Assembly: GCA_030390025.1 (NCBI GenBank) | Contig: JASTWF010000340.1 | Location: forward strand, 1-64,000 | DNA from: Squalus acanthias | Taxonomy: Eukaryota | Length of the DNA: 64,000 nt | Direction of reading: 5' to 3' | In this document: positions 21,469 through 34,330 of the stretch, one piece after another | How the letters are laid out: each line of letters opens with the position of its first letter | Position numbering within the stretch: the stretch's first letter is position 1 | Program-made: the position numbers and the translations under genes | The notes under the pieces: generated by a model | Databases searched by the model: none | Told to the model about the DNA's origin: nothing | Seen by the model: the letters and a program-made list of their open reading frames with translations, nothing else

Positions 21469-24323
21469 ATCTTCGAGCTCAGAGGGAGGGAGAGGAAGTA
21501 AAAAGTACTCGAAGTGTGACGTCACCAGAAAGCAGCTAAGTGATTGGTTGGAGAGTATTTCTCTCTTTTTAAACTTAAACTCTGTGGTTGATAGTTTCTA
21601 AGCTCTCTGTGGTTTAGCGGGACTGTCGGTAAACCAGGGCCCTTAAGTATATCATTTAACTGCAGTGTAATTGGTGGGATTGATTTGATTTAATTTAATT
21701 TGAACTAATTAAAGGGTAAGTCATGGCAGGAGAGCTCGGCCCCGTGGTATGCTCCTCCTGCGCTATGTGGGAACTCAGGGACACTTCCTGTGCCCCTGAC
21801 AACCATGTGTGCAGGAAGTGTATCCAGCTACAGCTACTGGCAGACCGCATTACGGCGCTGGAGCTGCGATTGGATACATGCTGAACCATTCGCGATGCTG
21901 AGGACATCGTGGATATCACGTTTGAGCAGTTGGTCACACCGCAGGCAAAGGATGCACAAGCAGAAAAGGAATGGGTGACCAACAGACAGAGTAGTAGGCA
22001 CAGGCAGGTAATACAGGAGTCCCCTGTGGACATACCCCTCTCAAACAGATATACCACTTTGAATACTGTTGGGGGGAAGGCTTATCAGAGGAAGTCAGCA
22101 GCAGCCAACTTCCTGGCACCAGGGGTGGCTCTGCTCCACAGGAGGGGAGGAAAAGAGGGGTAGAGCAAGAGTGATAAGGGACTCTATTGTAAGGGGAATA
22201 GATAGGCGTTTCTGCGGCCGCAAACGAGACTCCAGGATTGTGTGTTGCCTCCCTGGTCCAAGGGTCAAGAATGTCTTTGAGCGGCTGCAGAACATTTTGG
22301 AAGGGGAGGGTGAACAACCAGTTGTCGTGGTGCATATTGGTACCAACGATATAGGTAAAACAGGGGATGAGGTCCTAAAATCTGAATATAGGGAGTTAGG
22401 AGGTAAATTAAAAAATAGGACTTCAAAGGTAGTAATCTCAGGATTGCTACCAGTGCCACGTGCTAGTCAGAGTAGAAATAGAATGATATTTCTGATGAAT
22501 ACGTGGCTAGAGGAATGGTGCAAGGGGGAGGGATTCAAATTCCTGGGACATTGGAACCGGTTCTGGGGGAGGTGGGACCAGTACAAACCGGACGGTTGGC
22601 ACCTGGGCAGGGCCGGGACCGATGTCCTAGGGGGAGTGTTTGCTAGTGCTCTGGGGAGGGATTAAACTAAAATGGCAGGGGGTTGGGAACCTGAGCAGGG
22701 AGACAGAGGAAAGGGAATCAAGGATAAAAGCAAAAGATAGGAAGGAGAAAAACAAAAGTGGCAGACAGAGAAATCAACGGTTTAACTCAAACATGGCCAC
22801 AGTAAATAATAATTCTAATAGGTCTAAGAGCGATAAAAAAAACAAGCCTGAAGGCTTTGTGTCTTAATGCGAGGAGCATTCGGAATAAGGTGGATGAATT
22901 AGCTGCGCAAATAGAGTTAAACGAATATGATTTGATTGGGATTACTGAAACAAGACTCCAGGGTGGCCAAGGCTGGGAACTCAACATCCAGGGGTATTCA
23001 ATATTCAGGAAAGATAGGCAAAAAGGAAAGGGAGGTGGCGTAGCATTGGTGGTTAAAGAGGGATTTAGCACCATTGTAAGGAAGGATATTAGCTCTGATG
23101 ATGTGGAATCTGTATGGGTAGAACTGAGAAATACCAAGGGGCAGAAAACGTCAGCGGGAGTTGTATATAGACCTCCAAACAGTAATGCGGAGGTTGGGGA
23201 TGGCATTAAAAGGAAAATTAGAGAAGCGTGCAATAAGGGCACAGCAGTCATCATGGGTGCAATTAATCTACATATAGATTGGGCTAACCAAATTAGTAAC
23301 AATACTGTGGAGGAGGAATTCCTGGAGTGTTTACAGAATGGTTTCCTGGACCAATATGTCGAGGAACCAACCAGAGAGCAGGCCATCTTAGACTGTGTAT
23401 TATGTAATGAGAAAGGATTAATTAGCAATCTTGTTGTGCGAGGCCCCTTGGGTCGGAGCGATCATAATATGATAGAATTCTTCATTAAGATGGAGAGTGA
23501 AGTAGTTGACTCAGAGACCAGGGTCCTGAATTTAAATAAAGGAAACTACGATGGTATGAGGCGCGAGTTGGGTGGGATTGATTGGGGAATGTCACTCGAA
23601 GCATTGACGGTGGATAGGCAATGGCAAACATTCAAAGACCGCATGGATCAAATATAGAATTTGTTCATCCCAGTTTGGCATAAGAATAAAACATAAAAGG
23701 TGACTCAACCGTGGCTAACAAGGGAAATTAGGGATACCATAAGATCCAAGGAGAGCACATATAAATTGGCCAGAAAAAGCAGTAAACCTGAGGATTGGGA
23801 GCAGTTTAGGATTCAACAAAGGAGGACAGAGGGATTAATTAAGAAGGGGAAAATAGAATATGAGAGGAAGCTTTCAGGGAATATAAAAACTGACTGTAAA
23901 AGCTTTTATAGATATGTGAAGAGAAAAAGTTTGTTGAAGTCAAGCGTAGGTCCCTTGCAGTCAGAATCAAGGGAACTTATAATGGGGAACAAAGAAATGG
24001 CAGACCAATTAAATACATATTTTGGTTCTGTCTTCACAAAGGAGGACACACATAACCTCGCAGAGATGTCGGGGAACATAGGGTCTGATGAAAGGATGGA
24101 ACTGAAAGAAAGCAGTATTTGTAGGGAAATGGTGTTAGGGAAATTGGAGGGAATGAAGGCCGATAAATCCCCAGGGCCTGATAATCTACATCCTAGGGTA
24201 CTTAAGGAAGTGGCCCTAGAAATAGTAGATGCATTGATGATCATCTTCCAACATTCGATGGAATCTGGAACAATACCCATGGATTGGAGGGTAGCTAAAG
24301 TTACCCCACAATTCAAAAAAGGT
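21094..24323 (+). mobile_element. CR1 5' portion: 5' UTR monomers, broken ORF1 (zinc finger + SGNH esterase), ORF2 endonuclease; 3' part missing
   Basis: ATG 21723 MAGELGPVVCSSC; VHIGTND, DGWHL; CLNARSIRNK, YRPPNS, SDHN; ends at KVTPQFKKG. Confidence 0.93.
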
Positions 24324-24939
24324 GAGAAGTCGCACAACACCAGGTTATAGTCCAACAGCTTTATTTGAAATCACAAGCTTTCGGAGCGGCTGCTCCTTCG
24401 TCAGGTGAAGTGAAGAAATACAATTGGGTACAGCATATATCGACAGAGAACAATGCCTGTGCAGAGAACAATGCCAGACGACTACAGTTAATCTTTCTAA
24501 CTGCCCTTTATCACACCTCGGCAGAGAGATAATCACGGCAATCAAATCCAACCAGGTCAGTCAGGAAGACATTACATCAAAGACGATAGCAAAATACAAC
24601 AAAGACAATGAGGTGGGGTCACAAGGGGTCTAATGTGGCAGTCTGTATGGAAAACCAAATACTTTAAACTTTTTACTTTTTTTTACTGGAAATCACATCT
24701 GTGAACAATCCAACGACGACTCGAGTCTGGATGACTCTACGTCAGGTGGGGTTACATGTAGCGTGACATGAACCCAAGATCCCGGTTGAGGCTGTCCTCA
24801 TGGGTGCGGAACTTGACTATCAGTTTCTGCTCGATGATTTTGCTTTGTCGTGTTTCTCGAAGGCCGCCTTGGAGAACGCTTACCCGAAGATCCGAGGCTG
24901 AATGTCCTTGACTGCTGACGTGTTCCCTGACTGGGAGGT
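24324..24939 (-). mobile_element. Penelope-like element 3' fragment (end of GIY-YIG + pseudo-LTR), related subfamily
   Basis: LPVREHVSSQGHSASDLRVSVLQGG...DLGFMSRYM and pLTR homologous to 9539-9940. Confidence 0.93.
24371..24408 (-). ncRNA. Minimal hammerhead ribozyme
   Basis: Minus strand tcac-CTGACGA-a-ggagc-agcc-gctcc-GAAA-gc-TT-gtga; perfect 5-bp stem II. Confidence 0.85.
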
Positions 24940-25476
24940 GACCACTGGTTCTAGACTCCCCAACCAGGGGAAACATCCTCCCTGCATCTATCCTGTCAAG
25001 CCCTGTAAAAAATGTGCATGTTTCAATGAGATCTCCTCTCATTCTTTTGAACTCTAGAGTATATAGGCATAGTCTACACAATCTCTCCTCATAGGACAAT
25101 CCCCCCATCCCAGGAACCAGTCTGGTGAACCTTTGTTGCACTCCCACTTTGACAAGTATGTCCCTCCTTAGGTAAGGAGACCAAAACTGTACTCAATACA
25201 CCAGGCGTGGTCTCACCAGGGCCCGATATAATTGCAATAAGATGTCTTTACTTTTATACTCAAATCCTCTTGTAATGAAGGCCAACATATCATTTGCTTT
25301 CCTAATTGCTTGCTGTACCTGTAGGTTAACGTTCCGTGATTTTTCTACAAGGACACCCAGATCCCTCTGAACACCAACATTTGCCAATCTCGCACCATTT
25401 GAAAGATACTCTGCTGTTCTATTTTTCTTACCAAAGTGGATAACTTCAGATTTCTCCGCGTTATTTTCCATCCACA
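24940..25476 (-). mobile_element. CR1 RT C-terminal fragment
   Basis: ORFs 25193-25477 and the first part of 24752-25147; counterpart of 54544-55080 in the inverted duplicate. Confidence 0.9.
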
Positions 25477-27464
25477 TATTACGTCCACGTAAGTTAATAG
25501 AATATTAATCACAATGCAACCAGACAATCAACAAATATAAAGTGCTGTAGTTCTTTAATTCGCAGTATTAAAAAGAACTGAACAAAATGTGTATCCGTAT
25601 TTTCAACTTCAATCATTTCCATTAATAAACGTGGTCTTCTTGAAACAGCACACAATCCATTTAACATGTCAGAAATGCAGCACGTATTCACAAGTGTAGA
25701 AAAACACATACACAAATTGCGTCACTGAATTAGAAACAAAACGCAGGAAAAGCTGTGATTTAACAGAATGTGTCTTTCTTCCTGGACAGGAGAACCAGCC
25801 AGACTAACTTGGAAATGTTTACTCATATGTTGACGTAAAGATTTATAATTTACCAATTTTGCTTCAAATGTTTTTCTCTCAAACATTCTCCACAATATTA
25901 ATCCCTGCTCTTATCACGAAAATTGTTGAATTATTTTAGGTACTTCGCAATTAAAAGCAGGAAACAAACTTCATTGTACTGTCAATGTTTAATCTTCTAT
26001 TTCAAACATTCAAACCAAATCGAATTGTAATTTATCAGTTTAATCAAAGTATGTTCTGTGTCTTTCTCAATAAACAAAGAGTGGTTTCTTCTGAAGTAGT
26101 TTCCTGCAATTTTTATACATCATTACATAACTCTTGTTTCTATTAACACGGCACTAAATATTGAACAGCAAATCCATATTTACATTATTCCTGCGATTTG
26201 TTCGGACTATAGAACGACAGATAAAATAATATGGTTTGTGTTTTTCCCCTTTTTTGGTTCTCTTCCTAAATGCCTAAATGGTATATTTTTAAAAAGTCAT
26301 TAAAAAGTAATATTTAACTCCTACAAATCATCCCCTTGCCTCCCCCTCCTCAACACCATGGTTGCATGTGTGTGTAAAGCTAATCACTTCATCGATCACT
26401 CAAAATCAGATCTTGAGAAATTTCAAATTTAAAACATTTTAAGCATTTCAGAACCTCTTTAAAAGCGTCTGGACTTCAAGTCGTGGCTGAAACTTGTTTA
26501 GATGAGGGGGAAATTGACTTTTGCTTCAGTCTCTTCCGAAATCATATTCGAAACCTAGGGGGAAAAAGTGTTTTTAACACTCATTTTGTGTGACAAGTTC
26601 ATTAAAAATCTTTAAATTCTTTCAAGTCTCGTTGCAGCTTTGACAGAAGAAGTTGCTCCAAGTTTCTCTTTCCCTCTTCAATATTGTCGTTAAACATACG
26701 ACAAAATATAATAAAACAAATCTAGTTCCAAACGGAGCTCAAATCAGAAAGTGAATATAGTGGTTAAACTTCCTAAGAAGGCGGTGAGGTTATCTCTCCC
26801 CAGCCTTGGCGATGAGTTGCGATCAGTTTCTGGAGATGTTGTTTCCTGTTTTTCTGCTGCCGTTCCCTCCGTCTCTCAGACTCTGAGGTACAAACGGGGG
26901 CACAAACTTTTTCACCCCTCTCGCAACATGATTTAAATAACCCTGATAAACTATTTCAAAAATGGGACGAGTCCTGGCTAAATTGAACTGGAACGTACCA
27001 CGAAACATTCATTATCACTTTCCCATATCTTTTTCCGGCTTTAAACAATTTTCTGAATTATCAAAAAATCAAATTCTCATATCTTTGTTTCACCGTGGGG
27101 CTAAAAAATGTTTGCTTTCGCCTCCTTCCAGCGGACCTTGTACCATTGTATACGCGCTGCACCTCCACCTGTGTTGTTCCAAAGTGCGGCCGCCGCTCAG
27201 TCACCCGGAACGGACTACGCGCGTCTCCATGGAAAAGGGACTGAATGAATCTCGAGACAGCGCTCGCCGGGTGCCAGGGCTCTGTATCTCAGCAAATGTT
27301 GTTGCAATTGGGATTGGCTCTGTGAGTTCACAAACGGCTCTGTGAGGATACCCGGTCATTGGGTATTGGGACACTCCGCCCGCTCCAGCTCACTGTGCCG
27401 CCTGTGAATTTCAGTGCGTGGGACCTTACAGATCGCCGCCCACTCACACAGCTTACAGGGAACA

Positions 27465-27630
27465 TTGCTCAGCAGGTCAGGCAGCATCTGTGGAGAAAGA
27501 AACAGAGTTAATGTTTCAGGTCGATGCCCTTTCATCAGAACTGGAAAATGTTACAGATGTAACAGATTTTAAGCAAGTACAGAGGCAGGGAAAGGGGGAA
27601 TGGGAGGAAAGAACAAAAGGGAAGGTCTGT
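27465..27630 (-). mobile_element. Short non-autonomous repeat carrying a hammerhead-like motif (probable pseudo-LTR of a second Penelope-like family)
   Basis: Minus strand agtt-CTGATGA-aagggcatcgacct-GAAA-ca-TT-aact at 27542-27506; homologous copies at about 52680-52845, 55420-55552 and 62105-62240. Confidence 0.65.
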
Positions 27631-28077
27631 GCTGTACCTGCCCTGGGTGTGTTTGGTGGGATTGGGTAGTGGGATCATAACTCGTGCTGTACTTGCCTTG
27701 GGAGAATCTAAAGGTACAGTGTAGAGGGAGATTTACCCATAACTAACAGGTGCTGCAAAATGAGAGATTACAAAATGCTGAAGTACAGAGGGATCTGAGG
27801 GTCCTTGTACATGAATCACAAAACGATAGCATGCAGGTACACTCCCAACGCAAGTACAGTATGGGTTAGATACAGATTAAAGCTCCCTCTGCACTCTCCT
27901 GTCAAACACTCCTAGCGCAGGTACAGCACCGTTTAAATACAGCGTATCCAGCTATACTGTCTCGTCAACATTCCCAGGGCAGTTAAAGCACGAATTGTGT
28001 TTAAGTTCCCTCACACAGGGATACTGGTTACAGAGTTCGACTCCACACCAGCAGAGACACACGCTTAACACAGGGAC

Positions 28078-29012
28078 ACAAGTTTGCTGACGACACGAAA
28101 ATAGGTGGGATTGTGAGTTGTGAGGAGGATGCAAAGAGGCTTCAAGGCGATTTAGACAAGTTGGGTGTGTGGGAAAATACATGGCTGATGCAGTATAACG
28201 TGCATCAATGTGAAGTTATCCACTTCGGTAGGAAAAACAGAAAGGCAGAGTATTATTGAAATGGTGATAGATTGGGAAATGTTGATGTACAAAGGGATCT
28301 GGGTGTCCTTGTACACCAGATACTGAAAGCAAACATGCAGGTGCAGCAAGCAGTTAGGAAGGCAAATGGTATGTTCGCCTTCATTACAAGAGGATTTGAG
28401 AACAGGAGCAAGGATGTCTTACTACAGACATACAGGGCCTTGGTGAGACCACACCTGGAGTACTGTGTGCAGTTTTGATCTCCTTACCTAAGAAAGGATA
28501 TACTTGCCAGAGAGGGAGTGCAGCGAAGGTTCACCAGGCTGTTTCCTGGGATGGCAGGGCTGTCGTATGAGGAGAAATTGGGTCGACTAGGCTTGTATTC
28601 ACTAGAGTTTAGAAGAATGAGAGGGGATCTCATTAAAACGTATAAATCTCTGACAGGGCTAGACAGAATGGATGCAGGGAGGATGTTTCCCCTGGCTGGG
28701 GGGTCTAGAACGAGGGGTCACAGACGCAGGAGACGGTGTAGGACATTTAGGACTGAAATGAGGAGTAATTTCTTCACTCAGAGGGTGGTGAACCTGTGGA
28801 ATTCTCTACCACAAAAGGCTGTGGAGGCCCAATCACTGAATATATTTAAAGAGGAGATAGATAGATTTGTGGAGACAAAAGGCTTCAAGGGGTTTGGTGA
28901 GAGAACGGGAATATGTTATTGAGATAGCGGATCAGCCATGATCATATTGAATGGCGGAGAAGCCTCGAAGGGCCGATTGGCCTACTCCTGCTCCTATTTT
29001 TCTATGTTTGTA
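28078..29012 (+). mobile_element. CR1 3' fragment (unit A)
   Basis: FADDT to 3' tail; ORFs 28272-28478 and 28518-28922. Confidence 0.92.
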
Positions 29013-29865
29013 CTTATTACAGAGTCCGACTCCAAACTGGGAGAGACACACACTGAACGCAGGCATACTTGTTACAGAGTCCGACTCCACACTGCGAGAG
29101 ACACACACTGATCATAGGGACACTTGTTACAGAGTCCGACTCCACATCAGCAGAGACACAGACTGTACACAGGGACACTTGTTACAGAGTCCGACTCCAC
29201 ACCAGCAGAGACACACACTGTACACAGGGACACTTGTTACAAGTCCGACTCCACATCAGCAGAGACACACACTGTATACAGTGACACTTGTTACAGAGTC
29301 CGACTCCACACCAGCAGAGACAAACGCTGAACATAGGCATACTTGTTACAGAGTCCGACTCCACACTGGGAGAGACACAAACTGATCACAGGGACACTTG
29401 TTACAGAGTCCGACTCCACACCAGCAGAGACAAACACTGAACACAGGCATACTTGTTACAGAGTCCGACTCCACACTGGGAGAGGCACAGACTGATCACA
29501 GGGACACTTGTTACAGAGTCCGACTCCACACCAGCAGAGACACAGACTGTACACAGGGACACATGTTACAGAGTCCGACTCCACACCAGCACAGACAGAC
29601 ACTGAACACATGGACACTTGTTAAAGAGTTCGACTCCACACCAGCAGAGACACAGACTGTACACAGGGACACTTGTTAGATTCCGACTACACATCAGCAG
29701 AGACACAGACTGTACACAGGGACACTTGTTAGAGTCCGACTACACACCAGCAGAGACACAGACTGTACACAGGGACACTTGTTACAGAGTCCGACTCCAC
29801 ACTGGGAGAGACACACAGTACGCAGGGTCACTTGTTACAGAGCCCTACTTCACAGCAGCAGAGAC
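29010..29865. repeat. 55-bp minisatellite, about 15 copies
   Basis: Unit cttgttacagagtccgactccacaccagcagagacacagactgtacacagggaca; period checked 29068 to 29123. Confidence 0.95.
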
Positions 29866-29884
29866 ACTTTAACTTGTATCTCAC

Positions 29885-30245
29885 AATGCTGTACCGACCC
29901 AGTGAGTGTTTGATGGGACAGTGTAGAAACAGCTTTAATCTGTATCTAACCTGTGCTGTACCGACCCAGTGAGTGTTTGATGTGACAGTGTAGAAACAGC
30001 TTTAATCTGTATCTAACCAGTGCTGTACCTGCCAGGAGTGATTGATGTGACAGTGTAGAGAGAGCTTTAATCTGTATCTAACCTGTGCTGTACCTGCCAG
30101 GAGTGTTTGATGTGACAGTGTAGAAACAGCTTTAATCTGTATCTAACCAGTGCTGTACCTGCCAGGAGTGATTGATGTGACAGTGTAGAAACAGCTTTAA
30201 TCTGTATCTAACCAGTGCTGTACCTGCCAGGAGTGATTGATGTGA
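29885..30245 (-). repeat. Short array related to the 67-bp satellite, reverse orientation
   Basis: tgctgtacctgccaggagtgtttgatgtgacagtgtagaaacagctttaatctgtatctaacc repeats. Confidence 0.85.
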
Positions 30246-30264
30246 AATTGCAGAGTGACCTACT

Positions 30265-30490
30265 GAAACCCTCATCCATGCCTTTGTTTCTCCTAACTCG
30301 CACCAAGTCCCTTTCACCCATCACCCCTGTGCTCGCTGACCTACATTGACTCCCGGCCTGGCAACGCTTCAATTTTAATATTCGCCTTGCCCCTCCCTAT
30401 CGCTGTAGCCTCCTCTGTCCCTACAGCCCTTTGAGATCTCTGCGCTCCTCCAATTCTGGCCTCTTGCGCATCCCCGAATTTAATCGCTCT
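30265..30490 (+). mobile_element. L2-type LINE fragment (second copy at about 34668-34897)
   Basis: accctcatccatgcctttgtt (TLIHAFV) and cccatcacccctgtgctcgctgacctacat (PITPVLADLH). Confidence 0.7.
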
Positions 30491-33404
30491 GTATTTTTAT
30501 CTTTAGTTCTCCATCTTTCTCTTTACCTAACCATCCATCTCTCCTTTAATTTCTTTCTGCACCTTAATCTCTCCATAACTCTTTCTACTTCTTTTCTTGA
30601 TCGCTGTCTTTGTATTTCTTACTATCTGCTTCCTTGTCCTCAGTTTCTCTCACTGGTTCGCTGGGAATTTGGGAGTGATGAAATAAGAGAATGAAAGATG
30701 TTTTACTTAGATTTGGAGAGACAGGCTGTGAGGGTCCCTGGGTTACATTCTGAGACCAGTGGGGCACACGCGCAGATTGTACGAAGACTGGTGTCCTGTA
30801 TCTCTAATGTTTTTCATTATAGCTCTGTATATCTACAGTTTTCTTTATATCTCTGTACATCTCTCTCTCTATGTGTCTCTCTGTATATCGATATCGCTTT
30901 ATATTTCTGTATCTCTCTGTACCTTTCCTTTATTACTTGATAATTTTGTATTTCTTGAAATCTCTACACCTCTCTCTTTGAAACTCTCAGAATGTCTGTT
31001 CTTAATTTCTGTCAGGATCTCTCTCAGGCCTATTATTTGAGAGAGTCATTTTAAAGTTAAACTGAACCTGCTCCAAAGACACAAGAGATGCAGAACTAGA
31101 ATGTGTGCCAACACCTGCTGCCTCATCTGGTCTGGGAACCTTGGGTTTTGTATATTCCACCATCTCCTGCGCTTGAAGTCTCTGGCGTTGGCCAGACATG
31201 GTTTAACCATTTCATTGTCTTGGGGCGATTAATATGAACACCTTAACTTGTTTCTGATCTACACAGGATGCAGCAGATCAGGAAAAGCATGTCCCTGGCC
31301 AGGGTGCTGCCCTGGGCAAAAACTGCGCCTCCAATCCACAATGCCATTTCCTGCCTCTGCAAAGATATCATACTGTTCCACAATGCAGTGATGTCAGAAA
31401 CAGCCTTTGATCCCATATCCTAGATCAACTTTAAACACTCAAATCTTTCTAGTAATGACACTAGATTTACCAGGCAGATTCTGAGCCACAAATGCAATCT
31501 TTTAAGACATAAAAATTGTCACAGAAATGTGACTTATTGTTGTTAATTTACTATTGACAAATATACACAGAATTTGCGTCACTTAATTATAAACACAAAG
31601 CAGGAAAAGCTATGACTGAACAGAAATAATCATCTGTCCTTCTTCCTGGACAGCAGAACCAGTCAGACTGACTTGGAGATGTTTATTCATTTGTTGAATT
31701 AAAGATTTATAATTTACCTATTTCGCTTCTAATGTTTTTCTCTCAGACATTCTCCAAAATATTAATCCCTGCTCTTATCATGAAAAGAGTAGAATTATAT
31801 TAGGTTCTTCCCCACGAAAAGCGGGAAACAAACAAACAAGCTTCATTGTTCTCTCAATTTTTAATCTCCTATTTCAAACATTCAATCCAAATTAAATTGT
31901 ACGTTATCAGTTTAATCAACGTATTTTCTGTGTCTTTCTCAATTAACAAAGAGTGGTTTCTTCTAAAGTAGGTTCCTGCAATTCTTATTCTTCATTACAT
32001 AAATCTTGTTTCTATTAACAACCCCGATTTTAAACGCTCCTTATTTTTATCTTTAGATCTCCATCTTAAAATATATCCAAAATCCATCTCCAACATACAC
32101 ACACACACAAACACCAAAATATACAGACTTTAATCTGTATCTTTATACAGTACACACAGCAGGTAAAAGGCAACAATTCACTCCCGCCTTGTGCTGTCCG
32201 GCACACTCGGCTGCACAGGACCAGGCGGGAGGGAGTCATTCTGTTTTGGAAGTTTTTTATTCAGATTTATTTTATTTCAAAAGAACAGAATTCAAATTGA
32301 CAACAGCCCAGGGAGGGATTTGAACTCCTGCTTTCTGTATGTTTGCCCAGGCCTCCAGAATGACATCACCCCGAAACTATCAGCCTGGAGAATGGTTAAT
32401 CTGTGAACCAACCTTCCTTCGGCCCTTGTCTGGGGTCTCAGGTTTGTGTATTGCCCCCATCTCTAGTTCCTTCATGTGTTTGAAGAGTTTGAAGTTAGTC
32501 AGACACGATCTGATTCTCACCTTATACAAACAAACAAAATCCGCATCTCCTTTCAACAATCCTATTTCCTGCTTCTGCAAAGATCTCACATCGTTCCACA
32601 ATGCAGGAATGTCTGAAACATTCTCTGTATCAATATCCCAGTCAATTTTAAACACTCAAATATCGTTGAAACTGATATAGCCAACAGATTCCGAGCACTA
32701 TGCTTAAGATATAAAAATGTCACAGAAATGTGTTGTTTATTTAAACAGTCAGGCTGAAATATTTCAGGGTACTTTTCAATCAAGAAAAAAATCAGAGCGG
32801 AAACAGAGAGAGAGGGAGAGAGAAAGAAAGACAGGTGCACAGGGAGAAGGAGAAAATTAGGGATAGAGGTAGCGTGTTGACAGAATAGACGAAGAGAGAG
32901 CGAGAGATGGGAGATGGACGGCAGCAGAGAGGGGAAGGAGCGAAAGAGAGAGAGAGAGGAATAGACATTGAGAGAGAGAAAGACAGAGGGAGCGAAATGG
33001 AGAGAGAGAGGGAGTGAGACACTCAAACACTCCCACGGCAGGTACAGCACGGGTTAGATACAGATTGAAGCTCTCTCTTCACTGTCCCATCAAACACTCC
33101 CAGGACAGGTACGGCACAATTTAGATACCCTGTAAAGCTCCCTCTACACTGTCGAATCAAACAGTCCCAGGGCAGGTACAGCACGGGTTAGATACAGAAA
33201 AAAAATCCTCTACACTGTTCCATCAAACACTCTCAGGGCAGGTACAGCACCGTTTAGATAGAGCGTAAAGCTCCAGTGAAACTGTCCCCTCAAACATTCC
33301 CAGGGCAGTTAAAGCACGAATTGTGTTAAAGTTGCCTCACACAGGGTCACTGGTTACAGAGTTCGACTCCACACCAGCAGAGACACACGCTGTTCACAGG
33401 GACA

Positions 33405-34330
33405 CAAGCTTGCTGACGACACCAAACTAGGTGGGATTGTGAGTTGTGAGGAGGATGCAAAGAGGCTTCAAAGCGATTTAGACAAGTTGGGTTTGTGGGA
33501 AAATACATGGCAGTTGCCGTATAACGTGGATAAATGTGAAGTTATCCGCTTCGGTAGGAAAAAGAGAAAGGCAGGGTATTATTGAAATGGTGATAGATTG
33601 GGAAATGTTGATGTACAAATGGAGCTGGGTGTCCTTGTACACCAGTCACTGAAAGCAGACATGCAGGTGTAGCAAGCAGTTAGGAAGGCAAATGGTATGT
33701 TGGTCTTCATTGCAAGACGATTTGAGAACAGGAGCAAGGATGTCTTACTACAATTATACAGGGCCTTGGTGAGGCCACACCTGGAGTACTGTGTGCAGTT
33801 TTGGTCTCCTTACCTAGGAAAGGATATACTTGCCATAGAGGGAGTGCAGCGAAGGTTCACCAGACTGATTCCTGGGATGGCAGAGGTGTCGTATGAGGAG
33901 AAATTGGTTCGATTAGGCCTGTATTCACTAGAGGTTAGAAGAATGAGAGGGGATCTCATTAAAACGTATACATTTCTGACAGGGCTAGACAGACTGGATG
34001 CAGGGAGGATGTTTCCCCTGGCTGGGGGGGTCTAGAACGAGGGGTCACAGACTCAGGAGACGGGGTAGGACATTTAGGACTAAAAGAGGAGAAATTTCTT
34101 GACTCAGAGGGTGGTGAACGTTTGGAATTCTCTACCACAGAAGGCTTTGGAGGCCCAATCACTGAATATATTTAAGAAGGAGCTAGATGGAGTTCTAGAC
34201 ACAAAAGGCATCAAAGGGTATGGGGAGAGAGCGGGGATATGGTATTGAGATAGAGCAGCAGCCATGATCATATTGAATGGTTGAGCAGGCTCGAATGGCC
34301 TACTCCTGCTCCTATTTTTCTATGTTTCTA
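33405..34330 (+). mobile_element. CR1 3' fragment (unit B, duplicate of 28078-29012)
   Basis: Same junctions with the 55-bp minisatellite; ORF 33697-34035. Confidence 0.92.

Larger units (their letters stand above)
24940..27760. repeat. Segmental duplicate, inverted copy at about 52440-55080
   Basis: e.g. 25470-25545 is the reverse complement of 54478-54550; 26590-26670 of 53240-53320; 27465-27755 of 52545-52850. Confidence 0.9.

Noticed and set aside
19636..24323. One CR1 with a twin-priming inversion
   Set aside because: The roughly 220 bp shared by the two halves (20870-21093 vs 24100-24323) differs at many positions, so they are separate copies lying head to head.
29010..29865. CRISPR-like or repeat-protein ORFs
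   Set aside because: The variable parts are homologous to each other; the ORFs arise from the 55-bp period cycling through frames.
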